Shown one piece after another: positions 38,351 to 51,759 of a DNA stretch of 64,000 nucleotides (position 1 is its first letter; each line of letters begins with the position of its first letter). The translations under genes were made by a program, and so were the position numbers. Location: positions 24,188,325 to 24,252,324 of the forward strand of contig NC_068984.1 in NCBI RefSeq assembly GCF_001194135.2, read 5' to 3'. The notes under the pieces were generated by a model. It was not told the origin of the DNA and made no database searches. It worked only from the letters and a program-made list of their open reading frames with translations. This DNA is from Octopus bimaculoides (Eukaryota).

Positions 38351-39019
38351 TCTTAGAATTTAATAAGTGATAACATGTGGATGTCTGGAAAACTGCATTG
38401 GACAAACTGGGTGTCACTATGCAAAAGAATGATATCTTTTATCTTTCATCTTTTACTTGTTCAGCCATCAGACTGCAGCCATGCTGGAGAGATGACTTGA
38501 AGAATTTTACTTGAATGAAGCAAGTTCAATACAAATTATTTTTTAAGCCTGGTACTTATTCTATCAGTCTCTTTTGTCAAGCCACTGAGAAAATTTGAAA
38601 AATTCCATTAAGTGGATATGCAGCAACATGTGCAAGAATGAACCTACCTAATTATAAAATATTTCTAATTTATAAATGCTCAGAGTCAACAGAAATAAAC
38701 AAAGAATCAACAAAAAAGAACTAATTATTAAAAAACAAAAACCTGACTTTAACATATGATTAAAAATTGCAGTGGATAACTTGCCTTGTTATAAGGAACA
38801 CTTTTACAAAAAAAAAAAAAAGCAAGCATTGCAAACTAGTGTTTTCTTTAAAAATAACTTAAAAAAAAGGAAACAACTAATTTTTCTTGTATAGTTCTAA
38901 GAGTACACAAGTTAGTTTTAAACGTGAAACCATTAATATCTCTAAAAGGGATACAACAGTTATTTCAACAATGTTGGTCATTCCCATCTTCATTTTGTAT
39001 ATATATATGTATATATATA

Positions 39020-39190
39020 TACTCTTGGAGTGGTTGGCATTAGGAAGGGAATCCAGCTGTAGAAACTCTGCCAAATCAGATTGGAGCCTGGTGTAGCCAT
39101 CTGGTTCACCAGTCTTCAGTCAAATCGTCCAACCCATGCAAGCATGGAAAGCGGACGTTAAATGATGATGATGATGATGATGATGATGAT
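39020..39190 (+). mobile_element. RTE-LINE 3' tail inserted after (TA)n
   Basis: 'actcttggagtggttggcattaggaaggg...gcggacgttaaat(gat)n'. Confidence 0.85.
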
Positions 39191-40370
39191 TGTAGGTTCA
39201 TAAATATTTTACAATTCCTGGACAGAACAGCAACTACTATAAGTTTTCCATCCAAACAAGAGTCTGGATCCTCATCAGGATGTGAGGTCTATCCATGACG
39301 AACACATTCAAACAACTGTTATGACATCTTATCTCCCTAGTCAAATTTTGTAGTTATCGATTTATTGATATAATTTATCTCCCTTATTACTTTATGTTTG
39401 GATGTAGGGCCCAATATTCTGGGGAAGAAGAACTGTGTGTAGTGTTTAGTCTTGGGCTGGAGTACTGTGCACAAGGATAAGAGGAAGAGAGGTGAGTGAA
39501 TGTGAATGCCTGAAGAGAACTCCAGCTAGCTCCAAGGAGTAGCAGTAATTATAGTAGCAGTAGTGTAGGTATAACTAGGATATTTATGCTTTCTTTTTTT
39601 TTTCTTTGCATGAATATTAATATATGAGAAGTCAAATAGCAACAACCAGGAATACAAATTGAGTTACAGATGCAGCTTGCCATCATACAGCACTTTTCTC
39701 AGTTAAAACTGAAAAACTATGGTAATAAAGTAGTTTCAATAGGAATGCTTAGAAATACCCCCATGTTTCATATGTTAGAATCTTTCACTATGCCACCTGG
39801 TTATTCTTACATTATTTTGGTTGTTCCTCTAAACACTTTTCACACCTGTGCTGACAAACTGAACCTCATCTGAGATATATCAACAATATTAGTGCTACTA
39901 ATACTGGTTTAATATATAAAGCATACATATGCACCCTCTACCACAATTCTTTACATTCACCACTCTCTTACATAAAATACATACACGTGTGTGTGTGTGT
40001 GTGTACATGTACGCATGTGTATAATACTAGTGACCTTGCTATCTTAAATATAGCATATTTAGTAGTGGCATTGTATTTTACATAAACTCATTAATTAGTC
40101 TTGTCCATCTTTACACTCTGAGTTCAAATACCACCAAGGTCAACTTTGCCTTTCATCCTTTCAGGGGCAATGAAATAAGTACCAGTTGAATACTGCAGTT
40201 GATGTAATCAACTAACCCCTTCCCACAATATTTCAGGCCTTATGCCTCTACTACAAAAGCTATATGTTGATTAATTAATTCAAGAATTTTTATTATATAT
40301 AACCACATGTGGATCATTGGCAATTTTTTTCCCCCATCTTCCTTTTCTTTTGGACTTTCTCCTGTCTCCT

Positions 40371-40405
40371 GTTTCTGACAAAGAGCTTTGCTTGTAACAT
40401 AAAAC
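40371..40405 (+). ncRNA. CpG-decayed hammerhead-like motif
   Basis: GTTT-CTGACAA-A-GAGC(ttt)GCTT-GTAA-CAT-A-AAAC. Reverting three CpG-type transitions and one A>T gives CTGACGA/GAGC:GCTC/GAAACGTA with a GTTT:AAAC stem I. Confidence 0.45.
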
Positions 40406-40984
40406 TACTTTTCTTTCCTTCCCTGAGCATTTGCTAATACTTTGCATGTACCTTGTCCTTGTGTTGGTTTTTCCTTGTGTTTTTCCTCATTTTTTTTTTT
40501 ATTATATATATATGTGTATAAATATATATGTAGTTTTTTATTGAAACTAAAACTGGGAGTTTGTCTTATGATTCAAGTTTCATGCCACTGCAATCCTCAA
40601 AAGAGAACTGTTACAACTTAACAACTTGGCATTGGTGGTGTATTATATCTTTTGGTGTGTGTGTGGTCTAATGCTTGCATTTATTGGTTGGTGTGCTTTT
40701 TGTGCTTATTGTTTGGGTGGTGTTTTTCTGGCCAGTTCATTGATTGATTATCTTATTTCTTGTAATATGGTGTTTGTATTTCTTGAAATTGTAGATGGGA
40801 GGGTGTGTTAAGGATTTGTTGATGAGTTGGTAATGGGGTATGTTGACTCGTGGGGCATGTTGGCTGATGGGACATACTTGTTTTGTGTGTATAAGGTAGT
40901 ATATGTTTTGAGAAAAGTTGCTTATGAATGGGTTATTTGAAAAAATAATTAAGAACATATATATTGTGAGTAGCTATATTCCTA

Positions 40985-41220
40985 CTGGAGGCATATGGCT
41001 TAGTGGTTAGGGTGTTGGACTCATGATTGTAAGATTGTGGTTTTGATTCCTGGACTGGGTACCACATTATGTTCTTGAGCAAAACATTTCATTTCATGTT
41101 GCTCCAGTTCACTCAGTTGGTAAAAATGGATAATCTTGCAATGAATTGGTGTCCCATCCAAGGAGGAATATATACACTGGAGAAACCAGGAAACTGGCCC
41201 TATGCTCCTTACAGAGTAAT
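40985..41220 (+). mobile_element. tRNA-headed SINE (family C)
   Basis: 'gaggcatatggcttagtggttagggtgttggactcatgattgtaag...ttcttgagcaaaac...gctccagttcactcag'. Confidence 0.8.
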
Positions 41221-41321
41221 GTATCTAACCATATTCCTACTGAATGATGCTTTTCACAGCTGAATGATTTAAGGAGATTGTTTAGTGAGTTAAAAAAATT
41301 GTTCTTTTATGAATTTGTTTT

Positions 41322-41640
41322 CCTCATCATCATTATCATTTAATGGCCATTGTCCATGCTGGCATGGGTTGGACAGTTTGACTGGGTTGGGATGCTGGAA
41401 GGCTGCACCAGACTTCAGTCTGATTTGGTATGGTTTTCTACAGCTGGATGCCCTTCCTAGCGCCAACCAGTGTAATGAATGCTTTTACATGCCACTTGCA
41501 TGACACTGGAGTGTGTTTACATGCCACCAGCATGGGTGCCAATTTGCGTGACACTGGTACCTGCCACGACAGCAATTTTGCTCAGCTTGATGGGTCTTCT
41601 TCTCAAGCATGACATAATGCCAAAGGTCTTATTGAAAAAA
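41322..41640 (-). mobile_element. RTE-LINE 3' UTR
   Basis: (cat)n then 'tttaatggccattgtccatgctggcatggg...cagctggatgcccttcc'. Confidence 0.8.
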
Positions 41641-43754
41641 GACATGTATGTGTGTGTGTGTGAATGCTTGTGTGTGATTGTGTGAGTGTATGTGCAGCAG
41701 TTTGTATTTCTTTACAATTTTGCTTTTCTTTTTGTAAGTTTTGACATGTATTCAAGGAGATATTTGAGTGTACAAGTGTGTATGGTAGTGTGTATTTAAC
41801 TTTAACTTTGATATGCTTTTGTGTTTATCTGTGATAAGCATTTGATATTTTGTCAGTGGTCATATGAAGTGGGAGGGGGTTGTGAATTTTTTTTTTATGA
41901 GTGGTGTAAGCTGTAAAATTAAGGACATATCTATTGTGGATAGATATGTTTTTAATGAATGGTGCTTTTATGGCTAAGTGGTTTTGGTGTATTGTGCTTT
42001 TGTTGTACTGAATAAACATCTGTTATTTATGTTTGTGGAATGTGTGTGTGTATGTGTGTGTTTGGTGTGGCTGTAGTGGGATTTTGTTTTGGGTGAGATG
42101 GTGTTTTATTTCCTTGCTTTGAGGGAATGTGTGTTTGTGCTTGTGAATGTGTGTTGGTATATGTATACACATATAAGTATGTTGTGACTAAAATGTTCCT
42201 TTTGTATTGCATATGGTCCATAATGCATGGGTATATTGGTGTCTTTGAATGTTCCAGAAGTGGCCTGATGGTCCTTTCCATGAAACTCTTGCTTTATAGA
42301 CTGTTTGTTTGCAGAGAGTTTCCATGTAATGACCATAACCTAGTTCTTGTGAAGTTGTGTTTTCAGTTTTTCCATTGTGATTTTAAGTGTGTTATTGTTT
42401 ATTTTATGTCACTTGTGCAGCTGTATCACATGGTTGGGAGGCAAACTGCTTACTACACAGCCATGGGTACCACACACACACAACATCATCTTCATAATCA
42501 TCATCACTATTGTCATTTCATTTTGAAATTCGCTTTTCCATGTTTGCATGTGTTGGACAAAATTTATTGAGGCAGATTTTCTACAGCTGGATGCTCTTCC
42601 TGTCATCAACCCTCACCTGTTTCCGAGCAGAGTAATGTTTTCTCATGATCGTACATGTTTCTACAGAATACTAGAAATGAACGACACTGCTTGTATGTTA
42701 ATGAAAATCATTTTACAACTATCATGTGATGTCAAGACAAGGAGACATACACACACACATATGACAAACTTCTTTCAATTTCCATCTCCCAAATCCACTC
42801 ACAAGACTTTGGTAGGCCCAGGGTTATACTAGAAGACACTTGCCCAAAGTGCTATGCAGTGGAACTGAACCCAGAGCTATGAGATTTGGAACCACACACC
42901 CACACCTATACATTCATTGATAGACAGACAAGCAGATGATGTATCTCACAACCTGTGAGAGAGAAGAGAGACATAGACAAAGAGAGAGGTAAAGCAATGG
43001 AAAAGACACAGACACGCACACATATGTATGCATACATATATAAACACACATATACATATAAATATTTCTAAATATACACATATACACATACAAACACACA
43101 CACACAGATGGACAGACAGACAGACAGACAGCTAGCTAGCTAGATAGATAGACAGATAGATAGATATAGACAGACAGAGAAACAGACAGAAATGTGTGCA
43201 AATGTATATGGTAATTGCTATATATTAAAGATAACTTTACAGAAACTAAGCATTAATTCTTGTCTATAATTATTTCACCTCCCTTATATTGCTAATGACG
43301 CCTTTGGGGAAAATGTGAACGATACACCTTTTATGTACACTTCTCTAATAACTTCTTAGGTTTCATGCCTTCCTAAAGAAAGCATCGGTAAATCATACCT
43401 GTCTATATTTGTGAAATGCTATTATAGATCCATTGCAAGCTTTTAAGAGAAGATTTGAACAAATCGACTCTCATGGTCATAATTTTCTTGTCATATTACC
43501 AATTTGGAATATTACACACATGATAATTGAGATTATAATATCTCTAAACAAAAATAAATTATATCTCGATACACTTCTGAAATACTCATAAAGAACATTG
43601 CTAATGATGAAAATAAAAAATACGAATAAGAAAGATGTTTTCAGTTTGTGCATGTGTATTTTTGTGCATTTTGTTTTTTAGAGAACCACCCCATTTATAA
43701 CGGGAAAATCTAGTAATAAAAAGATAAAGTGATTGTATGAGAGAGAGAGGGAGG

Positions 43755-43786
<32 letters not shown>

Positions 43787-44631
43787 AGAAAGATGTGGTG
43801 AAGGATAGATAAGAGAGACAAAGAGAGATAATATAAGTATTTTAAATCTTGAAAGCCATTTACAACCCCATATTATATATCTATGTAGCATAAGGTGAAT
43901 GAATAAAAAAAATAACAAGCCATCAAGCTAAGTTTTGGGAAGGAAGGAACAGGAACATGAAATTGTGATAACTGTTATAGATAATACGAAAGACTTATTA
44001 GTGCTGTTATTTGACAGAAATAGTTGTGTACTTTCAAGTATTGAACTTCATTCTTCTATATTGTGAGTTCAAATCCTGCACAACCAACTTTCCCTTTCTT
44101 TTCTCTCAAAAGCCAATAAAATGGGAGAAGAAATAACAACAACAACAACAACAACACTTTCTACTAATGGGCACAAGCCCTGGAATTTTAGGGTAGTAGG
44201 TGATCAATTATATGGACCTCAGGTCTCAATTGGTACTTAATTTATTACCCTGCAGTGATGAAAGCAAGTTGACCTTGGCATAACAAGCTAGAAGCATTTG
44301 CCTGCCTTAATCACAATTCTGCCAGCTCACCACCTTACAACAAAAAACGGTATTTCCCAAAAGAGGAATCAAACATGACCTCAGCAGTGAGAACAAGGAA
44401 TCCTAATTTCCAGACTTCTTGGAGAGCTAATAATAACAATAATGATAATCCTTTCTACTACAGACGCACGGCCTGAAATTTTGGGGGAAGAGCTCAGTAG
44501 ATTACATCGACCAATGATTGACTGGTGCTTATTTTCTCAATTCTGAAAGAACGAAAGGGAAAGTCATACTACCACTAATGCTAAGGTAGCAAGCTGGCCT
44601 TATGCCAAAATTAGGAAGAATTATTATTATT

Positions 44632-45069
44632 ACTAGCTGGCCCCGTGTCGTAAAAATGATGGCTAATTGTAGTATTTTATATGTAAATATGGATGGTAAA
44701 TCAAATTAATACACTTGTCAATGTTATCTAGTGGTTGTCTTTTGAGATGTGACATCGGTCATTGTTTGTTACTGAAAGAACGCTAGCTCACACATAGGAA
44801 CATACACATACTTCCCTTGTATATGCATATACATACACACATATACTCACACAGAGTTGAAATGCTGTTTGATTTTTCTTTTCAGCATTGAACGTTCACC
44901 ATCCCACTTCCATTGCATACACACACACACACACACATATACTCACACAGAATTAAAACGGTGATTGATCTTTTTCACCCGTTCTATCCTTATTCATCTA
45001 TCACCCCTTCCTTTCTCATTCATATGTTGTGATGGAGAAAAACACAAGAGTATTATTATAGCAGAAGAT
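44632..45069 (+). mobile_element. Helitron/Helentron-derived non-autonomous element candidate
   Basis: Starts 'actagctggccccgtgtcg', ends 'tattattatagcagaagat'. Internal duplicated 'cacacatatactcacacaga..' units and (CA)n. Confidence 0.35.
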
Positions 45070-45729
45070 TAAGACACCAAGTTGGAAGAATCATTAGCAC
45101 ATCAAACAAATCACTTAGCAGTATTTCTTCTAGCTCTTTACATTCTGAGTTCAAATACTCCTGAAGTCAACTTTGTCTTTCCTCCTTCTGGGCTTAATAA
45201 AATAAAACACCAGTCAAATATTGGAGTAAATATCATCAATTGTCCCCACTCCCGCTAAAAAGTTGCTTGTATAAAAAGTACTACTAATAATCATTATTGT
45301 AAGCCTTATTTCTTTTGTAGCAAGTACTGGAGAACAGCAGTTCTCAGCTCATTACTACTACAACCCATCCTGGTAAATCAATAATCTTCTGGAACCCCTT
45401 TTATTAATATTTAAAATTAAAAAAAAACAAAAAACAATTTTGCATAAATCTCATAAAATTAACATCTCGTACTTTTCTTAGGTAACACTTCCTCAGTTTT
45501 TGTTTGCAGTAAATGTTGTGTAGCCTTTATTTTTTTACTTTATTGTGTAACATATTCAATAACATTTTAAATTTCATCAAACAATTCAAAAGTTGAATAA
45601 TCTGTCTTCACAATTCATTTTAAATTTTACCTTCCCACAATTCAGTTTCAGACCTAACTACTAGTCTAGAAAAAATGTTAAACCCTTGTTAAGCTTGATA
45701 AAATAGTTTCAATATCTGGTTAAGATTTA

Positions 45730-45935
45730 AGGCAGTGAGCTGGCAGAATTGTTAGCATGCCAGGCAAAATGCTTAGCAACATTTCATCAATTTTTATGTT
45801 CTGAGTACAAATTCTGCCAAAGTTGACTTTGCCTTTCATTCCTTCAGATAAATACCAGTTGATTACTGATGGAGGATGTAACTGACTTACCCCTATCCAA
45901 AAATTGCTGGCCTTGTGCCAAAATTTGAAACCAAT
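45730..45935 (+). mobile_element. SINE family B
   Basis: 'ggcagtgagctggcagaattgttagcatgccaggcaaaatgcttagc...gactttgcctttcattcc'. Confidence 0.8.
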
Positions 45936-46030
45936 ATCTGATTGAGATTTATTTACATTGATATAATGAACAGTTAGTTTAGCATTTCTTAAGTCTAAAA
46001 AAAGGGGCTTTGTATCAATTATATATATAT

Positions 46031-46091
46031 GAGCGTAGCTCGAAACGTCAAAGACTTTCCGTATTCCCGAGCGTCATACTAATATATACTT
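46031..46091 (+). ncRNA. 3' half of the hammerhead-bearing tail module
   Basis: GAGC(gta)GCTC-GAAAC-GTC-AAAG followed by module sequence homologous to 62030-62160. 5' core replaced by (AT)n. Confidence 0.45.
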
Positions 46092-46369
46092 TTGTTATTT
46101 ACACCACCTGTNNNNNNNNNNATATATATATATATATACCCAGGCCTATTCCCCAATTTGTTTTAGGAGTGGGTAGCCACAACAAGACACACACCAGGCA
46201 TTCCATTCATTTCTCAGACCTTTGTATCATGCCAGAGAAAAACTATTATTAGCATTGACATGTCAACCAATGCTGGGTCTTTGCATGTGCTGAGAATAAT
46301 CACATCACAGCCAATCGTCTGACTGAATAAAAGAAACTATATTTCCATTTTGTTCTTATATTTCGTCAG

Positions 46370-46441
46370 CAAGATTCTCGATGTGAATCTGTACGTTGAA
46401 GCCAATTTTGTTGCATCTCAGGAGAGTCATTACTCCAATAG
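46370..46441 (+). CDS. Candidate 72-nt exon (KILDVNLYVEANFVASQESHYSN)
   Basis: Long pyrimidine tract with gtcag| acceptor and one open frame. Donor tag|gtttaa is weak. Confidence 0.15.
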
Positions 46442-46824
46442 GTTTAAACTCGATGACAGCAGACCTTCAGTAGAGGGGGCATGTCACTGATAAGGTCATG
46501 AATGGCAACAAAAAATTCTTTGAGAAGCCTAGCTGATTAACCCAATGATTAATCAAACAATCAATTAATTAATTGGTTAAGTGTTAAATCGGCTAAGAAA
46601 AAAACTGAAATAAAACTAATCAGTGCATTTATTACTGGCATAATGATTCTCCAGAGATATAACGAAAAATATTTCCATTTTTATTTATTTATTTATTGCC
46701 AGTTACTTGCTGCATTATATATTGGTTGCAATTCCTGCCAGAAGAGTTACCATTTTGGCACCCTAGTGACAAGAAGTGGAATTTGAAATCAGAAGGCACA
46801 GATCCATAACTGCCACTCCATTGG

Positions 46825-47130
46825 TTATGACAAGAGTTCCAGTTGGTTCAATCAATAGAACAACTTGCTTGTGAAATTAAAGTGAAAGTAGTTGAGCATT
46901 CCACAGACACACTTACCCTTAACGTAGTTCTCAGAGGGATTCAGTGTTACACAGAACATGACAAGGCTGGCCTTTTAAAAATATACGTACAATTCATTTC
47001 TGCCAGCTGAATGGACTGGGCGACATAAAATAAAGTATCTTGCTCAAGGACACAACGCGTTGCCAGGAATCAAACTCATGATCTTACAATCAGGAGCCAA
47101 ACACCCTAACCATTAAGCTACATGCTTTCA
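46825..47130 (-). mobile_element. tRNA-headed SINE related to 27719-28069
   Basis: Reverse complement shares 'aagggtaagtgtgtctgtggaatgctc..' with the 27719 copy and has a tRNA-like head. Confidence 0.75.
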
Positions 47131-50100
47131 CAACAGATTCATAACAGATACTGCAAGGCACCCAATCTACAGAACTTACAAGTGTGCAATGTCAGATTTG
47201 TCAACCGACCAAACTGAAAAATGAAGGTATTTCCGCTAGAAATTTCGTTCAGGTCTTTGAGTATTGACTAACGTACAAGAGAAGAGATATGGATACCATA
47301 TTTGGTTATCAGCACAAATGATATAAGTCAGTACCATTGAAGAATAACCTTTTGGAGTTGAAACTGAAACTCAAGTCATGATAAAGTAAAATTCTGAAAA
47401 ATGTCAATGCAAGAGATAATTTGTCTAAAAAGCAAACAAAAAAAAAGGTTAAGGAAAACAAAAACAAAAACATTTCAGGTAGAAGCATTTAAAAAAATCT
47501 TAAAACCAAGTTCCATTGATTGATCATTTAGCTTAAAAACTATAAAATTTCTCATTTGGATCCTGGAATTATCCATCCATTATATTTCTTTGATAATTAC
47601 TATTTAGGTTTGTGTAGCATGATCTTGATATGAAGAAGTGTGTTTTAGTTCACCATGACAGCATTTTATGGTGAGAATAGCATAAGAAAAAAGTTACTTT
47701 TAGATCTAAAATATTGACTGTTAGAAGTTAAATAGATGAATCGATGATAAGAACTACAGAATTCGTAGGTTAATAGTAGATAGTAAAGCAAAGACAAGAC
47801 AAATAAAACATGACTGTTGAGAGTTGATTTTGTAGAGCTGGATAGAATTGACAGAGGAAATCAAGTCAGGGCAAAATGGAGAAAGAGACAATCGTGTAAC
47901 AAATTCTATCCAAAATAGCTTGCATTGCAGACATAAAAATCATTAATGACATTGATAATGACTGATCAAAAATGATAGGAGCAGAAAATAGTTATTTATT
48001 AATGATTAAACACTGAATATGATGAAAGACAAGGAAAAGAAAGAATAGTGGGAATTTTATGGCAGGGATTAAAAAGAAAGGTTATGTAGAAAGAAAAAAA
48101 GTAAAATATTTAATTTGTTCAGAGACTAGGGAGCGTTTAGCCATGAGGGAAGAACAAAAAGAAATATGTAATTGTTATGGGAAAGGAGAATGAACAAAAA
48201 ATTTAATAGATTAATATATTATGAGAAATATAGTAGCTGGGAGACTCAATAAGTGAGATGAAGAAATAATAAGATAATGGAGAGGGATAAAAGGAATTGT
48301 GAGATAGCAAAATGTTGGAGAGAGATAAAAGTATGTTTTAGGTAAATGAGAGAGTAGACATTTACATTTGATTTGAAAATCATTGGAGATTGAAAATATT
48401 CTGATAGAAATATCATTTAATGAAAAATGGTTTCCTTTTTTTTCAGTCTTTTCATATTTAATAGCAACCAATATGGCAGTTGATTTAAAAAAAAAAAACT
48501 CTATATATATTATATATATATATAAAATACAAAAGGAAAGCATAAAAATTACTTTATGGTACTAATTTTTATTTTCCATTGTATTTTATGCTTTCCATTA
48601 CTATATTAGTTATGTGTATTCATCACATTATACAAAAACAGCCAGACAGAGAGTAAAAATTTCAACCAAAATTCTAAGTAGCATAATTTTGTTTTTCACA
48701 GGAGCCGATATTTTAGAAAACTGATGCATTTGTTTCAAGCTTGGTGATACACATCCAACACAGTTAAGTTTATCATAAAATGGAAATTTTTTCTTTTCTT
48801 TTTTGTTTTGCAGAATTCATAAATAAGTTAAGACTACTGCTACTGCTGCTGTTGCTACTGCTGCTGCTGCTACTTCTGGTACACTGTTATTGTTGCAACT
48901 ATTACTGCTGTTACTGTTGTTGCCATGCAACAGTAAGACAAGACAAAAGCTAGTAGAAAACAGAAGCCTTATCAGTGTACCAAAGAAAATAGTGCTAAAC
49001 ATCGTTTTCTTTTTGTTTAATGTCATCCACTATAGGACAGTACAAGCCCATAGCCATTGAGCAACATTATAATAATCTATTCTTTAAATCAGTATTCTTT
49101 CTTTCTTTTGAGTTGGATGTCTATATTAGAATATATTGCTAGAACAAGGAAAGAAAAAGAAAAGGCTGGAATATTGCTCATCTAACAAATACCTAAAAAT
49201 TAACACAAACACACATATACATACACACTGGAAACACACACACACTCGTGCCTCACAGCGTTCATATACACATAATTTTTCACGTCTGGCCGCATAGCCT
49301 TTTCTGTTTGTTTTCCTGTCTTGTTTTTTGTCCGCCACTACATTCCTCCATGGCACAGGTTTAATTTGTGTATACAAATTTAATTTGCAGTCCATGGGAA
49401 GAGCCATTTTAACGATGCGTCCTGCCCAACTCTTCGAAACGCTGGTGTTGATGAAGGAAAATGTTCTCTATGTGGCTTGTGTGTTTTCTGTACTCTGGTT
49501 ATTATTATTTTCTTGTCTACGTTTTGTTTGCAATGTCCTGTACCCAGATATGCACCTATATATACAGGTAGACGTAGGTATGCACATATCTGTACNNNNN
49601 NNNNNNNNNNNNNNNNNNNNNNNNNNNNNNNNNNNNNNNNNNNNNNNNNNNNNNNNNNNNNNNNNNNNNNNNNNNNNNNNNNNNNNNNNNNNNNNNNNNN
49701 NNNNNNNNNNNNNNNNNNNNNNNNNNNNNNNNNNNNNNNNNNNNNNNNNNNNNNNNNNNNNNNNNNNNNNNNNNNNNNNNNNNNNNNNNNNNNNNNNNNN
49801 NNNNNNNNNNNNNNNNNNNNNNNNNNNNNNNNNNNNNNNNNNNNNNNNNNNNNNNNNNNNNNNNNNNNNNNNNNNNNNNNNNNNNNNNNNNNNNNNNNNN
49901 NNNNNNNNNNNNNNNNNNNNNNNNNNNNNNNNNNNAAACTACATAAAATATAATTTTATTTATGCCATTGGTCTCTTTATCCTATTCTTTTTTTATATAT
50001 ACACACACTAATACACGACCCATGTTATATTCCCCACTCATGTTGCAACCACATCAGGAGCAAAACTTGTTGGTATACAGCACTTACTCGGTATTACCTG

Positions 50101-50160
50101 TATCTCTAGGGTCTGGTTGACTCCATTACCCTTCATAACCTTTATATATATATATATATC

Positions 50161-50685
50161 TATAAGCATCAGTTGTGGCGTGCAAGAGAGACGATTGCGC
50201 TGGTATGGACATGTGGTGAGAATGGAGGAGGATAGCTGCGTGAAAAAGTGCCACACCCTAACAGTTGAGGGAACCCGTGGAAGAGGTAGGCCCAGGAAGA
50301 CCTGGGCTGAGGTGGTGAGGCAAGACCTTCGTACATTGGGCCTCACCGAGGCGATGACTACTGACCGAGACCTTTGGAAATGTGCTGTGCGNNNNNNNNN
50401 NNNNNNNNNNNNNNNNNNNNNNNNNNNNNNNNNNNNNNNNNNNNNNNNNNNNNCACATAAAAGACACCATTTCGAGCGTGGCCGTTTTCGTGCGGGTGAC
50501 ACGTAAAAGCACCCACTACACTCTCTGAGTGGTTGGCGTTAGGAAGGGCATCCAGCTGTAGAAACTCTGCCAAATCAGACTGGAGCCTGGTGTTGCCATC
50601 CGGTTTCACCAGTCCTCAGTCAAATTGTCCAACCCATGCTAGCATGGAAAGCGGACGTTAAACGATGATGATGATGATGATGACA
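50161..50685 (+). mobile_element. Young 5'-truncated RTE LINE 3' end
   Basis: Uninterrupted SCGVQERRLRWYGHVVRMEEDSCVKKCHTLTVEGTRGRGRPRKTWAEVVRQDLRTLGLTEAMTTDRDLWKCAV, gap, then tail and (gat)n. Confidence 0.92.
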
Positions 50686-50894
50686 TCTATATATATATAT
50701 ATATCTTATAATCTTCCAATACTGAAACATGTGTAGTTCCTTCATAATCGTTAATTTTACTTCTACTTCTTCTAATCATAAAAAATATAATAGGACTTTT
50801 TTAACACAGGGGTCCCATAGAGGTAGATAGGTATCAAAGGGGTTCATGGGCCAAAAAATAGTAGAGAATCACTAGATTAGAGTATTGCTCTTCT

Positions 50895-51100
50895 CTATGT
50901 TAGGAGGCACAAGCACTTGTAACACTCACAAATGTGGGATCATGGTTTTTGATTCCTGTGCCAAGAAATGCATTGTGGCCTTGCGCAAAACACTTCATTT
51001 CACATTGGTTTACTCCACTCAACTGTAAATGAATCACCCTGTAATGGACTGACATCTTCTTCAGAAGTATGTTGTGATCTTGATTTCTTATATGTCACAG
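50895..51100 (+). mobile_element. tRNA-headed SINE (family C), degenerate
   Basis: Colinear with 40985-41220. Confidence 0.65.
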
Positions 51101-51164
51101 AAACTAAGTAACTTGCCTTACGAGTCCCAGGACTGAAGCCAGTAATGTCTTGAGCATGTATGAG

Positions 51165-51260
51165 CAACTTGTAGCCTGCAGGCCACATGCGGCCCTTAAC
51201 ATGTTGTTGTGCAGCCCTCAGCGAATTTCTAGGTTACTAATTTGCAGCATAACCTAAGAG
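51165..51260. mobile_element. hAT-like MITE end fragment
   Basis: 'gcctgcaggccacatgcggccc' resembles hAT subterminal GCGGCCC repeats. Confidence 0.35.
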
Positions 51261-51303
51261 TAGCAAAGTCTCAAATTCTTCCTAATATTGAAAATATGGT
51301 ATG

Positions 51304-51358
51304 GAATGTGCAAAAATTTCATTGATACAGTCTGTATCAATGAAATTTTTGCACATTC
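51304..51358. repeat. Perfect 27-bp inverted repeat with 1-nt spacer
   Basis: gaatgtgcaaaaatttcattgatacag-t-ctgtatcaatgaaatttttgcacattc. Confidence 0.95.
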
Positions 51359-51727
51359 ACGTTCTTTACCATATTATCTGTAACATACAGATAATGAAAT
51401 TTGTTCTTTAATAAAATATCAATGAATTTTTTTTTTTTTTTTTTTCACCTCAATATTTTAAACTATAATTTATTTAGACTAGTAATCATCGTTATTATCA
51501 TTAGGAAATAATGAAAGAGATGCCAGCTTAATGTAAACTTTCATACTAAGACAAATAAAATTAAGAAGAACTGCAAGAAATTCAGTTTAAAGAGGGCAAG
51601 TAATATTTCATGCATATGTGTTTTATCATGTGGCTTTCTCCCACTTGTAAATGGTACAATGCAGAGCCCCCAGTTGACGAAAACTTGCCCATCCCTGGTC
51701 TAGAGGTTGTTGTTGGTGATAATGATG

Positions 51728-51759
<32 letters not shown>

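Larger units (their letters stand above)
40620..42450 (-). mobile_element. Decayed Penelope-like relic interrupted by SINE and RTE insertions
   Basis: 42400-42150 minus resembles the PLE RT C-terminal region (..ITWKLSANK..; HQYTHALW..KGTF*SQ, similar to TDRHQYLH..SIPYSQ). Confidence 0.5.

Noticed and set aside
43399-43543. Minus-strand exon with strong acceptor and CAG|GTATGA donor, plus an adjacent 28-nt plus candidate at 43360-43387
   Set aside because: The minus candidate has stops in all frames, and the plus one has no independent support. They show how easily such signals arise by chance, although a UTR or lncRNA exon cannot be excluded.
48814-48945. Poly-Leu plus CYCCNYYCCYCCC reading resembling a cysteine-string or TM protein after a strong acceptor
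   Set aside because: Derived from CTG/TTG/TAC/TGT triplet repeats. No J-domain or other context, and the other frames stop at once.
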